DNA of 64,000 nucleotides from Candidatus Omnitrophota bacterium (GTDB lineage Bacteria; Omnitrophota; Omnitrophia; Omnitrophales; Aquincolibacteriaceae): NCBI GenBank assembly GCA_003140935.1, contig PLLJ01000038.1, positions 6,858 to 70,857 of the forward strand, read 5' to 3'. Shown piece by piece: positions 56,096 to 64,000 of this stretch (position 1 is its first letter; each line of letters starts with the position of its first letter). The notes under the pieces were generated by a model. It saw only the letters and a program-made list of their open reading frames with translations, ran no database searches and was not told where the DNA came from. The position numbers and the translations under genes were made by a program.

Positions 56096-56185
56096 ATGGA
56101 CGAGTTTCGAAACTGGCTGATGACCTCTGGAGAGGTGGAAATCATTAAGATCTTGATGAAGGGATCGCCAGCTGCCGTTGCATGA
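56096..56185 (+). CDS. Conserved 29-aa small ORF, family copy 1 (MDEFRNWLMTSGEVEIIKILMKGSPAAVA)
   Basis: One of four related plus-strand intergenic elements in a minus-strand gene neighbourhood. Copies 1 and 4 are both exactly 29 codons and share RNWLMTSGEVE(I/V)(I/F)KIL.K....A.. Nucleotide differences between copies are largely synonymous (tct/tcg/tcc, gtg/gtc, att/atc, ttg/ctg). Confidence 0.4.
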   Translation: MDEFRNWLMTSGEVEIIKILMKGSPAAVA

Positions 56186-56243
56186 GCATGGGAAAATCAT
56201 CTCAAAACAGCACGGCAAAAGCAAATTCAGGTCGGACGAGATC

Positions 56244-56738
56244 TTAAAAACTTGGAGTCAAAGAAACGCCCTTGCTTCGCAAGTAAGCATAGAGACGCTC
56301 ATCCTCAATCTGGGCATGTTGGAGCATCGTTTCGATGATCTCGCTTGCTGTGTCTACGAACTGTTTTTTGACCTTTTCATCTTCGAAATGAAAACCGTGA
56401 TGCAAAACGATGTCCGCCAACACATCGAAATTGCCGATCATAAGGATGTGCTGGATCTGCAGCTGACGGATCATTTTCTTGAACTCAAGATCCCCCACGG
56501 CTAAGGCCATGGGGAAAACGTCTCTATCTTCCCATTGAAAGTGAGCCATCACTTTTCGCTTGAAAAAATCAACGACCTGCGCGATATCCTCCAGTTTTTT
56601 CTTGTCACTAAGATAAGGCAGGGAGCTTTTTAGGAGCAACATTTGCTCGGTTTTTTCCGCGTGATCTTTTTTGACGCGCTCATAAACAGCATCATTATTC
56701 TGCGGTTCCATCGAAGACCCTTTCGGTTGAAAATCCAT
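56244..56738 (-). CDS. Hemerythrin-like (HHE cation-binding domain) protein
   Basis: H..E / HF..ED..FP / H..E..H motif spacing (..MAHFQWEDRDVFPMA.., ..LQIQHILMIGNFDVLADIVLHHGFHFEDEKV.., ..MLQHAQIEDERLY) typical of hemerythrin-like four-helix iron-binding domains. Confidence 0.7.
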   Translation of the reverse strand: MDFQPKGSSMEPQNNDAVYERVKKDHAEKTEQMLLLKSSLPYLSDKKKLEDIAQVVDFFKRKVMAHFQWEDRDVFPMALAVGDLEFKKMIRQLQIQHILMIGNFDVLADIVLHHGFHFEDEKVKKQFVDTASEIIETMLQHAQIEDERLYAYLRSKGVSLTPSF

Positions 56739-57144
56739 AAGGAAAGATCCGGCTTTCCTTCTATGAAAGCATGACTACTTTGAATTATACTCCCAATTAA
56801 ATAAAAAAATCAAAACCTCTATTTCTCTCCATGAGACGGAAGCGGATGGCGGCCGATTCTTTATTTTGTCAGATCGGAGATCTTTTTTTCTATTACTCTT
56901 TTATGGCCTTGCTCTCCCTCGATCAACGTAAGGATCATATCCTGGAGATTGGGATGCTTTGCCAACATACCCTGGTACATTTTGATCGATCTCTCTTCTT
57001 TCCCCAAGGCTATCCGAAGCACTTCGACATCTGTCATAACTCCTCCTCATTTAAAGGATTCGAATGGAACAAGGATCGCCGTTTGCTATCGCTTCATGCC
57101 AGGTCGGGTGATACTAAATTTTTATGGGGTCATGCTGAAAATAT

Positions 57145-57681
57145 TCATCCGGGATACCAGACCTTAACGCCTTGGACCTTCGCCCACGGCGTTATCGCAT
57201 GACTCTTAAGGTTTTTAGGTCCCATCATATGAAAAATCTCAAACCGGCGGACGAGCAAGGCATCCGCGATCAAAGAACGATGACAACGCCACGGAACCGC
57301 TTCGGCGCACATGAGGGCGACCCGTTCCCGCTTGGACAGCCGTATCAGGGGCTGAAGATTTTTAACGAACTCCCGCGTCTGCATATAATCGGCAAAACCG
57401 CGGAAAGAGGCATTGCGCCAGGCCGTATTGATCGAATCGGGCTTGGCGTGACGTAATCCGCCTAAGCCGGGCATGGGCTGGTAACGGATACCCGCTTTAG
57501 GGAGTTTGCGGCTAAGCAGGGGTTGATTGAACTGGGGATTGTGCCGTGAACGCGGGATAGTGCGCACATCGACCAAGCAGGTGATGTCCTGCTCTTTCAG
57601 AAGAGCTAAGAATGCTTTGAGCGACCTTGTCGAATGCCCGAGGGTGAAAATTTTGTAAAATTTCTTATGAGTTTCTGCCAT
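57145..57681 (-). CDS. DUF488 family protein
   Basis: ATG at 57681 gives MAETHKKFYKIFTLGHSTRSLKAFLALLKEQDITCLVDVRTIPRSRHNPQF..., the TIGHS...VDVR..P.S pattern of DUF488. Confidence 0.6.
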   Translation of the reverse strand: MAETHKKFYKIFTLGHSTRSLKAFLALLKEQDITCLVDVRTIPRSRHNPQFNQPLLSRKLPKAGIRYQPMPGLGGLRHAKPDSINTAWRNASFRGFADYMQTREFVKNLQPLIRLSKRERVALMCAEAVPWRCHRSLIADALLVRRFEIFHMMGPKNLKSHAITPWAKVQGVKVWYPG

Positions 57682-57775
57682 AGTTTCATCGTCCTTCGCG
57701 ACTACCGCACCGCAACATCCCAAAAGTGAATTGTCTATCGCACTGAACGAAAAACAAAATCAACCGTTTCCGGTT

Positions 57776-58327
57776 TTAGATTTCTGGCGCCAATTCCTCG
57801 GCTATTTTTTCAAAACGTTTATGGACATCCCGCCCGATCTCTTTTTCAACCGCTTCAAATTGATCGGACAATTCTTTTTGGTCCTTATCGTTAAGAACTT
57901 TATTCGTCATCGGAAAAAGAAGATACTCTTCTTTCCAGATATGATTAGGATAAAGTTCGACCAAGCCCTGCAAACTTTTGATGAGAACGCTCTTTGCCGT
58001 TTCGCCGCTTTTAGCATAAGCCGCGCCTGATTCCGATAGTTGCTTAACGAGGGAACGCCCTTTTTCATGTTCATGGACCAAAATCGCTATCGGGCAACCT
58101 GTCATCGGTACGCCTTTTTTCCCGAGAAGCGGAAACAAATAGTTCTCCTCTTTTCCATGATGGCATTTGTCACCAAAAGTGCGCATGAATTCCACGACAT
58201 GATTAATCGTCTCTCCCTTCACATCCTTGCCTTCTTCCAATCGCGCCAAGAGGGCCACCATCACAGCAACGACTTTTTGGATGACGTGATGTTCTTCTTC
58301 TAAAATATCGGTTGGTTTTTTAACCAT
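57776..58327 (-). CDS. Hemerythrin-like domain protein (second paralog)
   Basis: ATG at 58327 preceded by a GACAGGAGG RBS; EEEHHVIQKV..., ..HHGKEENYLFPLL.., ..LVHEHEKGRSL.., ..EEYLLFPM.. HHE-type motifs. Confidence 0.7.
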   Translation of the reverse strand: MVKKPTDILEEEHHVIQKVVAVMVALLARLEEGKDVKGETINHVVEFMRTFGDKCHHGKEENYLFPLLGKKGVPMTGCPIAILVHEHEKGRSLVKQLSESGAAYAKSGETAKSVLIKSLQGLVELYPNHIWKEEYLLFPMTNKVLNDKDQKELSDQFEAVEKEIGRDVHKRFEKIAEELAPEI

Positions 58328-58479
58328 CGTGTTTGCCTCCTGTCGTTTTTTATTCATAAATCTTGCCGCGACATTATGCCCAAACGACTTTTTCCGTCTG
58401 CTTCTTCAGTCATCAAGTTTGAAGAAACAAAAAAGGCGCTGCAGGATTATACCAGCAATGCCTTTTGGCGAAAACTCCC

Positions 58480-58682
58480 CTTCTTGGGCGGACTTTTCCG
58501 CCAGAGGACGGATCCGTCCAGCGCGTTGTGGCGGACGCAACGGGTTGATGAGCTCCGGAGAGGTCGAAATCATCAAGATCATGATGAAGGGACTATCGTT
58601 TGCCCTTGTTGAACCAGATCTCCGCGCGGCACCCTTCCCCGTAAGCCGCCTCAATCGGTCTGGATCTTCAGCACGTTTCTGA
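58480..58682 (+). repeat. Small-ORF family copy 2, longest version: ...DFSARGRIRPARCGGRNGLMSSGEVEIIKIMMKGLSFALVEPDL...
   Basis: Shares ttccgccagaggacggatccg and the GEVEIIKI core with copy 4. The upstream ATG present in copy 4 is TGT here and the frame reads through to 58682, so this copy is likely degenerate or starts at the internal ATG at 58548. Confidence 0.4.
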
Positions 58683-59475
58683 GGGAAATGATCTCAAACC
58701 CGTTTTTTTCAAGTTGAGGGATCTCCTCGGCCAGGGCATCCAGCGTGTTCTTTCTGTAATGTCCGATGGCGACTGCGGTGCCTTGATCTTTGGCGATCCT
58801 CCGCAGTTCCACGAGCTGGGCTTTAATGGCGGCGACGGCATTATCGTCATCAAGAAAAATGCCGCACTTCAAAAACGGCAGTCCTATCGCATGACAAATT
58901 TCCGGAGCGACTGATTTTGGCGTGGTGTGGCTGTCAAAAAAGAACAGCCTCTCCCGTTTAAGCTCCTGTAGGATGATCGTCATTAACCGCCGGTCGGAAG
59001 TCCCTTTGGAACCCATATGATTATTGACGCCGACATGGCCGGGGACAGACGCCAGATCCCGTTTCAGGGCGCTCACGATCTCCCCATCGCTCATGGCTTC
59101 CGAGATCAGACCCTGGCCCGGAAATTTGTCGGTATGGACCGTTTCGAGCGGCAGGTGGAGGATAATATCCGCATGCGCGCGTCTTCCTTGCTCACTAAAA
59201 TACATGGAAAAATCACGAAGGGGAAGGATAGCGTAGGTCACTTTAGAGCCAAGCTTAGCTAATTCATTCTTGAATTTGTCGTGTTCGCCGATGTCATCGA
59301 TCACAAAAACGATCTTAGGTTTAAAAAGCCTGGGCGCGACACGATGGGCCCAGAATTTTCCATAATTCTCAAAGAACCAGAGTCCCCCGCCGGTGAACAG
59401 GACGATCCCCAACAAAATAGCTGAGAGCATTCGGGAGGCTCTGCGTGTAAGTTTGAAAAATTTACGATTTTCCAT
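58651..59475 (-). CDS. Divergent polysaccharide deacetylase family protein (YibQ-like, DUF610)
   Basis: ATG at 59475 gives a TM anchor (MLSAILLGIVLFTGGGLWF) followed by IVFVIDDIG..., ..HLPLE.., ..VGVNNHMGS... motifs of the YibQ divergent deacetylase family. Confidence 0.65.
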   Translation of the reverse strand: MENRKFFKLTRRASRMLSAILLGIVLFTGGGLWFFENYGKFWAHRVAPRLFKPKIVFVIDDIGEHDKFKNELAKLGSKVTYAILPLRDFSMYFSEQGRRAHADIILHLPLETVHTDKFPGQGLISEAMSDGEIVSALKRDLASVPGHVGVNNHMGSKGTSDRRLMTIILQELKRERLFFFDSHTTPKSVAPEICHAIGLPFLKCGIFLDDDNAVAAIKAQLVELRRIAKDQGTAVAIGHYRKNTLDALAEEIPQLEKNGFEIISLRNVLKIQTD

Positions 59476-59823
59476 CAGGGTCCCAGTTATAATACAAAAA
59501 GTGTAAAAATCAAACCGAATAAATAGATGGTTCGAAAAAGAGTTGCAGATCAAATCTTGGAAATGACGATCTTTATTAAAAAGGCGTTACTCCTGTTTTT
59601 GAATGATCAACAGCCGTGACGCCTCTATGGATAAAAAACTCCCTCTGCCGGACGCATTTCGGAACCCTACGGAAGCTTTCCGGATTGAACTTTTGGCGAT
59701 CCGGCCGTTGTTCACAGAACGCGGTTTCGCTTGGGCCGGCCGGATATAGGAGGGGGACTACGGACAAGGAATGAGAGGGGGAACTGTTCGGGAAGTCATT
59801 CCGGAAATGTCTTTTAGGGCTGG

Positions 59824-60099
59824 TTATTGATCATATTTTCGATGGATCTCACATCGAGTCGGGCAACTGCAGACAAAGGAAAATCCGAAAGAGAACGCGT
59901 AAGGGCATTGCTTATTATTTTTTTCCATCTTAACAAAAGCATGCTCGTTGCTAAAAGCTCTCTCGACTGCACATCCCGGACAATAGCCCGTAGTTAAACA
60001 ATTGAAATCACACGGGCATTTTGTTGTTTTATCGCGGGTTGCTTTAGTAATCTGGAACGGGATCATTCCGGGTGGGGTACTGCCCATTTTTAAGCACAT
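59824..60099 (-). CDS. Small Cys-rich protein (12 Cys in ~90 aa), uncharacterized
   Basis: ..CPCDFNCLTTGYCPGCAVERAF...CPYAFSFGFSFVCSCPTRCEIH; ATG at 60099 or TTG at 60120; directly downstream of the XRE regulator. Confidence 0.4.
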   Translation of the reverse strand: MCLKMGSTPPGMIPFQITKATRDKTTKCPCDFNCLTTGYCPGCAVERAFSNEHAFVKMEKNNKQCPYAFSFGFSFVCSCPTRCEIHRKYDQ

Positions 60100-60106
60100 C
60101 GGAGCA

Positions 60107-60328
60107 CTACATCTCCTCAAAAAACTGGCAGAGCGTCATCCCAAAAGCCTTAGCAATGCTCCGGATCGTCGTCACAAAACATTTACCAGGTGTTTTTCCC
60201 TCCAACCGCTGGATATGCTGCGAACTTATGTCTGCCTTTTCAGCCAGCATCTCCTGGGTATAATGATGTTTTCCCCGGAGTTTTTTAATGCGACAGCCAA
60301 GTTCACGGTTAAACATTCGAATAGGCAT
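60107..60328 (-). CDS. XRE-family helix-turn-helix transcriptional regulator
   Basis: LGCRIKKLRGKHHYTQEMLAEKADISSQHIQRLEGK: the canonical HTH_3/XRE pattern. Confidence 0.7.
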   Translation of the reverse strand: MPIRMFNRELGCRIKKLRGKHHYTQEMLAEKADISSQHIQRLEGKTPGKCFVTTIRSIAKAFGMTLCQFFEEM

Positions 60329-60422
60329 GGCGGCATTGTCTCATGCTTTAAAGCTTTTAACACAACCTGGAGATTGTCTTTACTCGGAAATACGATCCGG
60401 AAACCCATCTCCCGCGAGAAGA

Positions 60423-60485
60423 CCTTTGAGGAGAGGTGGAAATCATCGAGATCCTGATGAAGGAACTACCCTTCGCTATGTTTGA
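60423..60485 (+). repeat. Small-ORF family copy 3 (degenerate: core GEVEIIEILMKEL present but no in-frame ATG)
   Basis: The core ggagaggtggaaatcatcgagatcctgatgaagg matches the other copies; an in-frame TGA lies immediately upstream, so it is a remnant or uses a GTG start. Confidence 0.35.
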
Positions 60486-60557
60486 GTGGAAGGCCTTTAG
60501 ATGGCAAGAAGCCACCGGGAGTTCATCCCGGTAGCTTCTTGCGGTCAAAATCAGAAA

Positions 60558-61088
60558 TTATTTATTTTTTTCTTCCTCTTTTTCTTTCTTTTCCATCTGC
60601 TCATGAAGCGCCTTCATCTTTGTCATCTGATCAGGGGTCAGGAGACTTTTCAACTTTGCGTAAGTCGCAAGATTTGATTTTGCAGCGGCAGAAACTGAGG
60701 CGAAGTTTTCATCAATGAGGGCATTGGCCCCCTCGACATCGACTTTATCTTCTGCGAGTTTGGACTTGAGATCCAGCAGGAAAGTCTTCATATCCGCGCT
60801 CTGGCGAATGCTGTCCTTCTCCATTTGCAACTTAAGTTCCTTGAGGGTCTTCGCCTGATCATCCGTGAGCCCAATATCGGATTTATACTCCAAAAGAAAG
60901 CGGGCTTTTTTCATGAACTTTTCCATGATCGGACATTGGCAGTGTTCCTTCTTTATACTCACGGGACACTCCTTTCCTTTGCCCTTACCGTTCCAAAAGT
61001 GGGCAAAGGCTGTCGAGCATAAAAACACAGCCATTCCAAGAATCAAGAGTAACATTATTTTCTTCATCATTTTAAGGCCCTCCTTCAA
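60558..61088 (-). CDS. Periplasmic CpxP/Spy-like LTXXQ-motif protein
   Basis: Signal peptide MMKKIMLLLILGMAVFLCSTAFA, two LTxxQ motifs (LTDDQAKTL, LTPDQMTKM), and a helical Lys/Glu-rich body. Confidence 0.6.
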   Translation of the reverse strand: MKEGLKMMKKIMLLLILGMAVFLCSTAFAHFWNGKGKGKECPVSIKKEHCQCPIMEKFMKKARFLLEYKSDIGLTDDQAKTLKELKLQMEKDSIRQSADMKTFLLDLKSKLAEDKVDVEGANALIDENFASVSAAAKSNLATYAKLKSLLTPDQMTKMKALHEQMEKKEKEEEKNK

Positions 61089-61155
61089 GGGGTGAGTTGA
61101 TTTTAATACGTTTTTTATTTTCCCGGCGGGTCCTGCTCATTCAAATTTCTATGGA

Positions 61156-61614
61156 TCACTTTTTGCAGTATCTTGCTTTCAACTGATCTTCGGTAGGGTG
61201 ATCGGCATAAAATTCCCCCTGAGGGCCCAAAAATCCTTTGTCGGTCTTGGTAAGAGTGACCGAGGTGTAGCTGCCGTCACCGTTAGGGATATTGATCTCC
61301 AGGGGGTTATTCATCGGCACAGACTGCGAAGGTGCGCTTGGCGCAACTACTGGAGAAGCAACAGGCGCGACCGGAGGTGCCGCCACGACCACCTGGCCCG
61401 GATAGGGATAAGCCATCAGCACCGGACGAGGCGGGAGCGGCTGCGGATCAAAAATATCCCGGATCAAACGAAACGGGAATAAAACAATATCCGCGATAAT
61501 GATGGCCGTTTCGCTCAAAAAATATCCCGGCCCTGAGGACCCGGAATCCGCCAAAGCGATCCCGCTCATGGGCAAGCATAGAACCAACAGGATCAGTATG
61601 GTTTTCTTAATCAT
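61156..61614 (-). CDS. Secreted protein with Pro/Val/Ala-rich linker and conserved C-terminal ~45-aa domain ending YCKK (paralog A)
   Basis: Signal MIKKTILILLVLCLPMSGIALA; the C-terminus INIPNGDGSYTSVTLTKTDKGFLGPQGEFYADHPTEDQLKARYCKK is ~80% identical to paralog B. Confidence 0.5.
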   Translation of the reverse strand: MIKKTILILLVLCLPMSGIALADSGSSGPGYFLSETAIIIADIVLFPFRLIRDIFDPQPLPPRPVLMAYPYPGQVVVAAPPVAPVASPVVAPSAPSQSVPMNNPLEINIPNGDGSYTSVTLTKTDKGFLGPQGEFYADHPTEDQLKARYCKK

Positions 61615-61781
61615 TTGAGTCTCCCTTTGTTATTTTATTTGAGTGGATGTTTTCAACATCACGAGTGATGCCTGGAAAAAGGTGCTTGCGATAGGCATCA
61701 ATTGAACCCCCCTGAGGCATCCTGCGCTGGTCGCAACGAAAAATTGCATTGTTTTCTTAAATCTCATCGGATTTTTGTCCG

Positions 61782-62312
61782 CTATTTTTTGCAGTATCTT
61801 GCTCTCAACTGATCTTCCGTAGGATGATCCGTGTAAAATTCCCCTTGAGGACCCATAAATCCTTTTTCGGTTTTCTGAAGGGTCACGAGCGTAAAGCTGC
61901 CATTCCCGTTGGGAATGTGAATATCAAAGGAATCATTCACGCTCGCCACCGCGGGTGGTTGAGAGGAAGCCGGCGATGCCGTCGCATAAGGCGTTACCAC
62001 AGGCGCGCTCGCAGGAACATAGGCTACAGGAGGTTGAGCAACCCCCACATAACCTACCGGAGCCGCGGCATAATAGGGATTCCCGTAGTAATAAGGAACC
62101 CCATTTACATAATAAGGCGCGTAGAGATAAGCCGCATTAAGCAACGCGGCTGTTTCAACGAGTCCAACGGCGCCCCATCCCCAACCCCACCCACCATGCC
62201 AACCCCCATGCCCGCCTCCGTGCCAACCTCCATGCCCGCCATGGGCAAACGCCTGTGAGGGTTGTAAAAAACAAGCCAGAATTAAGATCACAATCAGGAT
62301 TTTTTTAATCAT
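61782..62312 (-). CDS. Secreted His/Gly/Trp-rich protein (HGGHGGWHGGGHGGWHGGWGWGWG) with the same conserved C-terminal domain (paralog B)
   Basis: ATG at 62312 gives signal MIKKILIVILILACFLQPSQAFA, then a His-Gly-Trp repeat tract, a Tyr/Pro-rich linker, and C-terminus IHIPNGNGSFTLVTLQKTEKGFMGPQGEFYTDHPTEDQLRARYCKK. Confidence 0.5.
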   Translation of the reverse strand: MIKKILIVILILACFLQPSQAFAHGGHGGWHGGGHGGWHGGWGWGWGAVGLVETAALLNAAYLYAPYYVNGVPYYYGNPYYAAAPVGYVGVAQPPVAYVPASAPVVTPYATASPASSQPPAVASVNDSFDIHIPNGNGSFTLVTLQKTEKGFMGPQGEFYTDHPTEDQLRARYCKK

Positions 62313-62528
62313 TTTCAGGCTCCTCCATGTCGCATGATCATGTGACAAAACAGTTCACTTCGTAATAACTTCGACACTTCGAGGATAAAGAAAGTTCCAT
62401 TTATTAGAAAATAAAAAGGCGCTACCATTATACTCGAACTTTTGTCCGCTGTAACCATAGCGCCTGTATGGATTTAAAAAACTCCCCCGCCTGGAGGACA
62501 TTTCCGCCAGAGGACGGATCCGCCCGAG

Positions 62529-62618
62529 ATGTTTGGCGGACGCAACTGGCTCATGACCTCGGGAGAGGTGGAAGTTTTCAAGATCCTGAGCAAAGAACTG
62601 CCGGTTGCCATCATTTGA
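62529..62618 (+). CDS. Conserved 29-aa small ORF, family copy 4 (MFGGRNWLMTSGEVEVFKILSKELPVAII)
   Basis: Same length (29 codons) and core as copy 1. The upstream extension (ISARGRIRP) is conserved with copy 2 in the same frame. Confidence 0.4.
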   Translation: MFGGRNWLMTSGEVEVFKILSKELPVAII

Positions 62619-62642
62619 ATGGGAAACAGGCCGGGTGGGCTC

Positions 62643-63014
62643 TTAGGCGCTAGCAGCAATATGCTTCTCGACCATACCGAGCAGTTCTTTTGATTCAAAC
62701 GGCTTGAAAAGATAGCCATCGGCTCCGCTCTCCCGGGCTCTTGCCTCCAAGGTCTCTATCGCCGCAGAGATCAGAATGATAGGGATGTGCTTCAGTTTTA
62801 TATCCTTTTTCATTATCTTAGCAGCTTCGTCGCCATTCATGACCGGAAGAAGCATGTCCAGAAGGATCAGATCCGGCATTTTACAGCATGCCAGGTCCAG
62901 GCACTCCTGGCCATTCACGGCCCCGAAGGCCTCATATCCCGATAGGCTCAGCCGAAGCAACGTCAACTTCAGCAAACTGGCTTCATCATCGACCACAAGG
63001 ATTTTCTTTTTCAT
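62643..63014 (-). CDS. Response regulator receiver protein (CheY-like, single domain)
   Basis: KILVVDDEASLL...DLILLDMLLPVMNG...PIILISA...K canonical receiver motifs. Confidence 0.8.
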   Translation of the reverse strand: MKKKILVVDDEASLLKLTLLRLSLSGYEAFGAVNGQECLDLACCKMPDLILLDMLLPVMNGDEAAKIMKKDIKLKHIPIILISAAIETLEARARESGADGYLFKPFESKELLGMVEKHIAASA

Positions 63015-63029
63015 GCAGATCCTGTATCC

Positions 63030-64000
63030 TCAAAGCGGTAAAGTGAAATGAAACGTGCAGCCTTTTCCTATTTCCGATTCCGCCCAGATCCGCCCGTGAT
63101 GCGCGAGAACGATCTCCCTGGCGATCGCCAGGCCTAAGCCCGTGCCGCTCTTTTGTTTATTTCCAAGCATCCCAAAAGGTTCAAAGATCCCTTCCAAATC
63201 TTCGGGCTTGATGCCCGGGCCGGAGTCCCGGACACTGACATGGACGTCGTAATCTTCGCGCCACGTTTGAATGGTGATACTCCCGCTTTCGCTGTATTTT
63301 AAGGCATTGGCCATCAGGTTGATCAGGACCTGAAAGATCTTGTCTTTATCGAATTTTATTCTTGGAAGATCAGCTCCGAGTTCCATGACGAGATCCGTTT
63401 TTCTGTTCCCCGAAAAAAGCACTGCGCTTTTAAGCGCTTCCTGGGCCACCTCATTCAGATCATTTTTGTTGAAGTCATATCCCATTTTTCCGGCTTCCAT
63501 TTTCTGGTAAACCAAAACATTGTTGATCAAGCGGCCCAAGCGATCGATGTTTTCTTTGGCAGTGCTTAAAACATCTTCCTGCTCAGCGTTCACAGGACCC
63601 AGCGAACCATCCAAAACAAGATTCGTGGCCTCTTTGATCGCCGCAAGAGGACTTCTAAGTTCATGAGAGACCGTCGAAGTGAACTTGGACTTTGCACCCG
63701 CTAGCTCTATTAAAATATTTTTCGTTTTTTTCTTCTCGGTGATGTCGCGTATATTACACTGCATCACTTTTGCCTTATCGACTAAAAAAACATCCGAACT
63801 TATATTCAGGCCTTTTTTGGTATTGACTTGTATGTCGTTGTAATAAATGACACCGTCTCTTTCTAGTATTGACATCATCTCTTGAAAGTCCTTATCATCT
63901 TTGGTCACGCCGATCTCCCAGAGCTTCTTTTTCAAAAGCTCATCCGAGGAATAATCCAGCATTTTCTGAGCAGACGAATTCGAATTAAGAACGTTACCTC
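63030..64000 (-). CDS. Sensor histidine kinase (PAS - HisKA - HATPase_c), partial; N-terminus beyond the window end
   Basis: H-box SHELRSPLAAI, N-box QVLINLMANALKY, G-boxes VRDSGPGI and GTGLGLAI. The frame is open to position 64000, with a PAS-like segment upstream of the first listed Met. Confidence 0.8.
   Translation of the reverse strand, partial: GNVLNSNSSAQKMLDYSSDELLKKKLWEIGVTKDDKDFQEMMSILERDGVIYYNDIQVNTKKGLNISSDVFLVDKAKVMQCNIRDITEKKKTKNILIELAGAKSKFTSTVSHELRSPLAAIKEATNLVLDGSLGPVNAEQEDVLSTAKENIDRLGRLINNVLVYQKMEAGKMGYDFNKNDLNEVAQEALKSAVLFSGNRKTDLVMELGADLPRIKFDKDKIFQVLINLMANALKYSESGSITIQTWREDYDVHVSVRDSGPGIKPEDLEGIFEPFGMLGNKQKSGTGLGLAIAREIVLAHHGRIWAESEIGKGCTFHFTLPL

Noticed and set aside
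1-64000. CRISPR arrays, rRNA genes, transposases or integrases
   Set aside because: No direct-repeat/spacer periodicity, no rRNA-like conserved stretches, and no ORF with DDE, tyrosine-recombinase or serine-recombinase motifs were seen anywhere in the window.

Overview
This 64-kb window is bacterial, with moderately high GC, and most genes are on the minus strand. It opens with a housekeeping block: a class V aminotransferase (partial), clpP and tig, followed by tRNA-Gly, tRNA-Leu and tRNA-Lys, two unusual repeats derived from tRNA 3' halves, and tRNA-Arg and tRNA-Phe. A ROK kinase, rlmH, an SplB-like radical SAM protein and a PilT ATPase follow.

Four regions stand out:
- An 11.7-kb minus-strand operon (10.2-21.9 kb) carries three GT2 glycosyltransferases, a DUF2304 protein and a membrane protein. 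It also carries one radical-SAM/SPASM enzyme, four B12-binding radical SAM enzymes in tandem, and a fifth B12-rSAM paralog that has lost the CxxxCxxC cluster motif. This is a candidate uncharacterized glyco/lipid or polysaccharide modification pathway.
- A 14.1-kb gene (38675-52783) encodes a secreted protein of about 4700 aa, described under features and findings.
- A family of 29-aa small ORFs, four copies in 6.5 kb, sits in the 56-63 kb stress and secreted-protein island.
- The tRNA cluster contains two elements derived from tRNA 3' halves, each fused to a structured region.

The giant gene is flanked by a ribbon-helix-helix regulator, two tandemly duplicated TPR lipoproteins and a membrane protein.

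The rest of the window encodes secreted proteins and lipoproteins, MORN-repeat (YwqK-like) paralogs, a macro-domain protein, CstA, a pilin-like protein, two hemerythrin-like proteins, DUF488, a YibQ-like deacetylase, His/Gly/Trp-rich secreted paralogs, and a response regulator with a partial histidine kinase at the right edge.

All coordinates were derived by hand and may be off by 1-2 nt. All functional calls come from recalled family motifs, not database searches.
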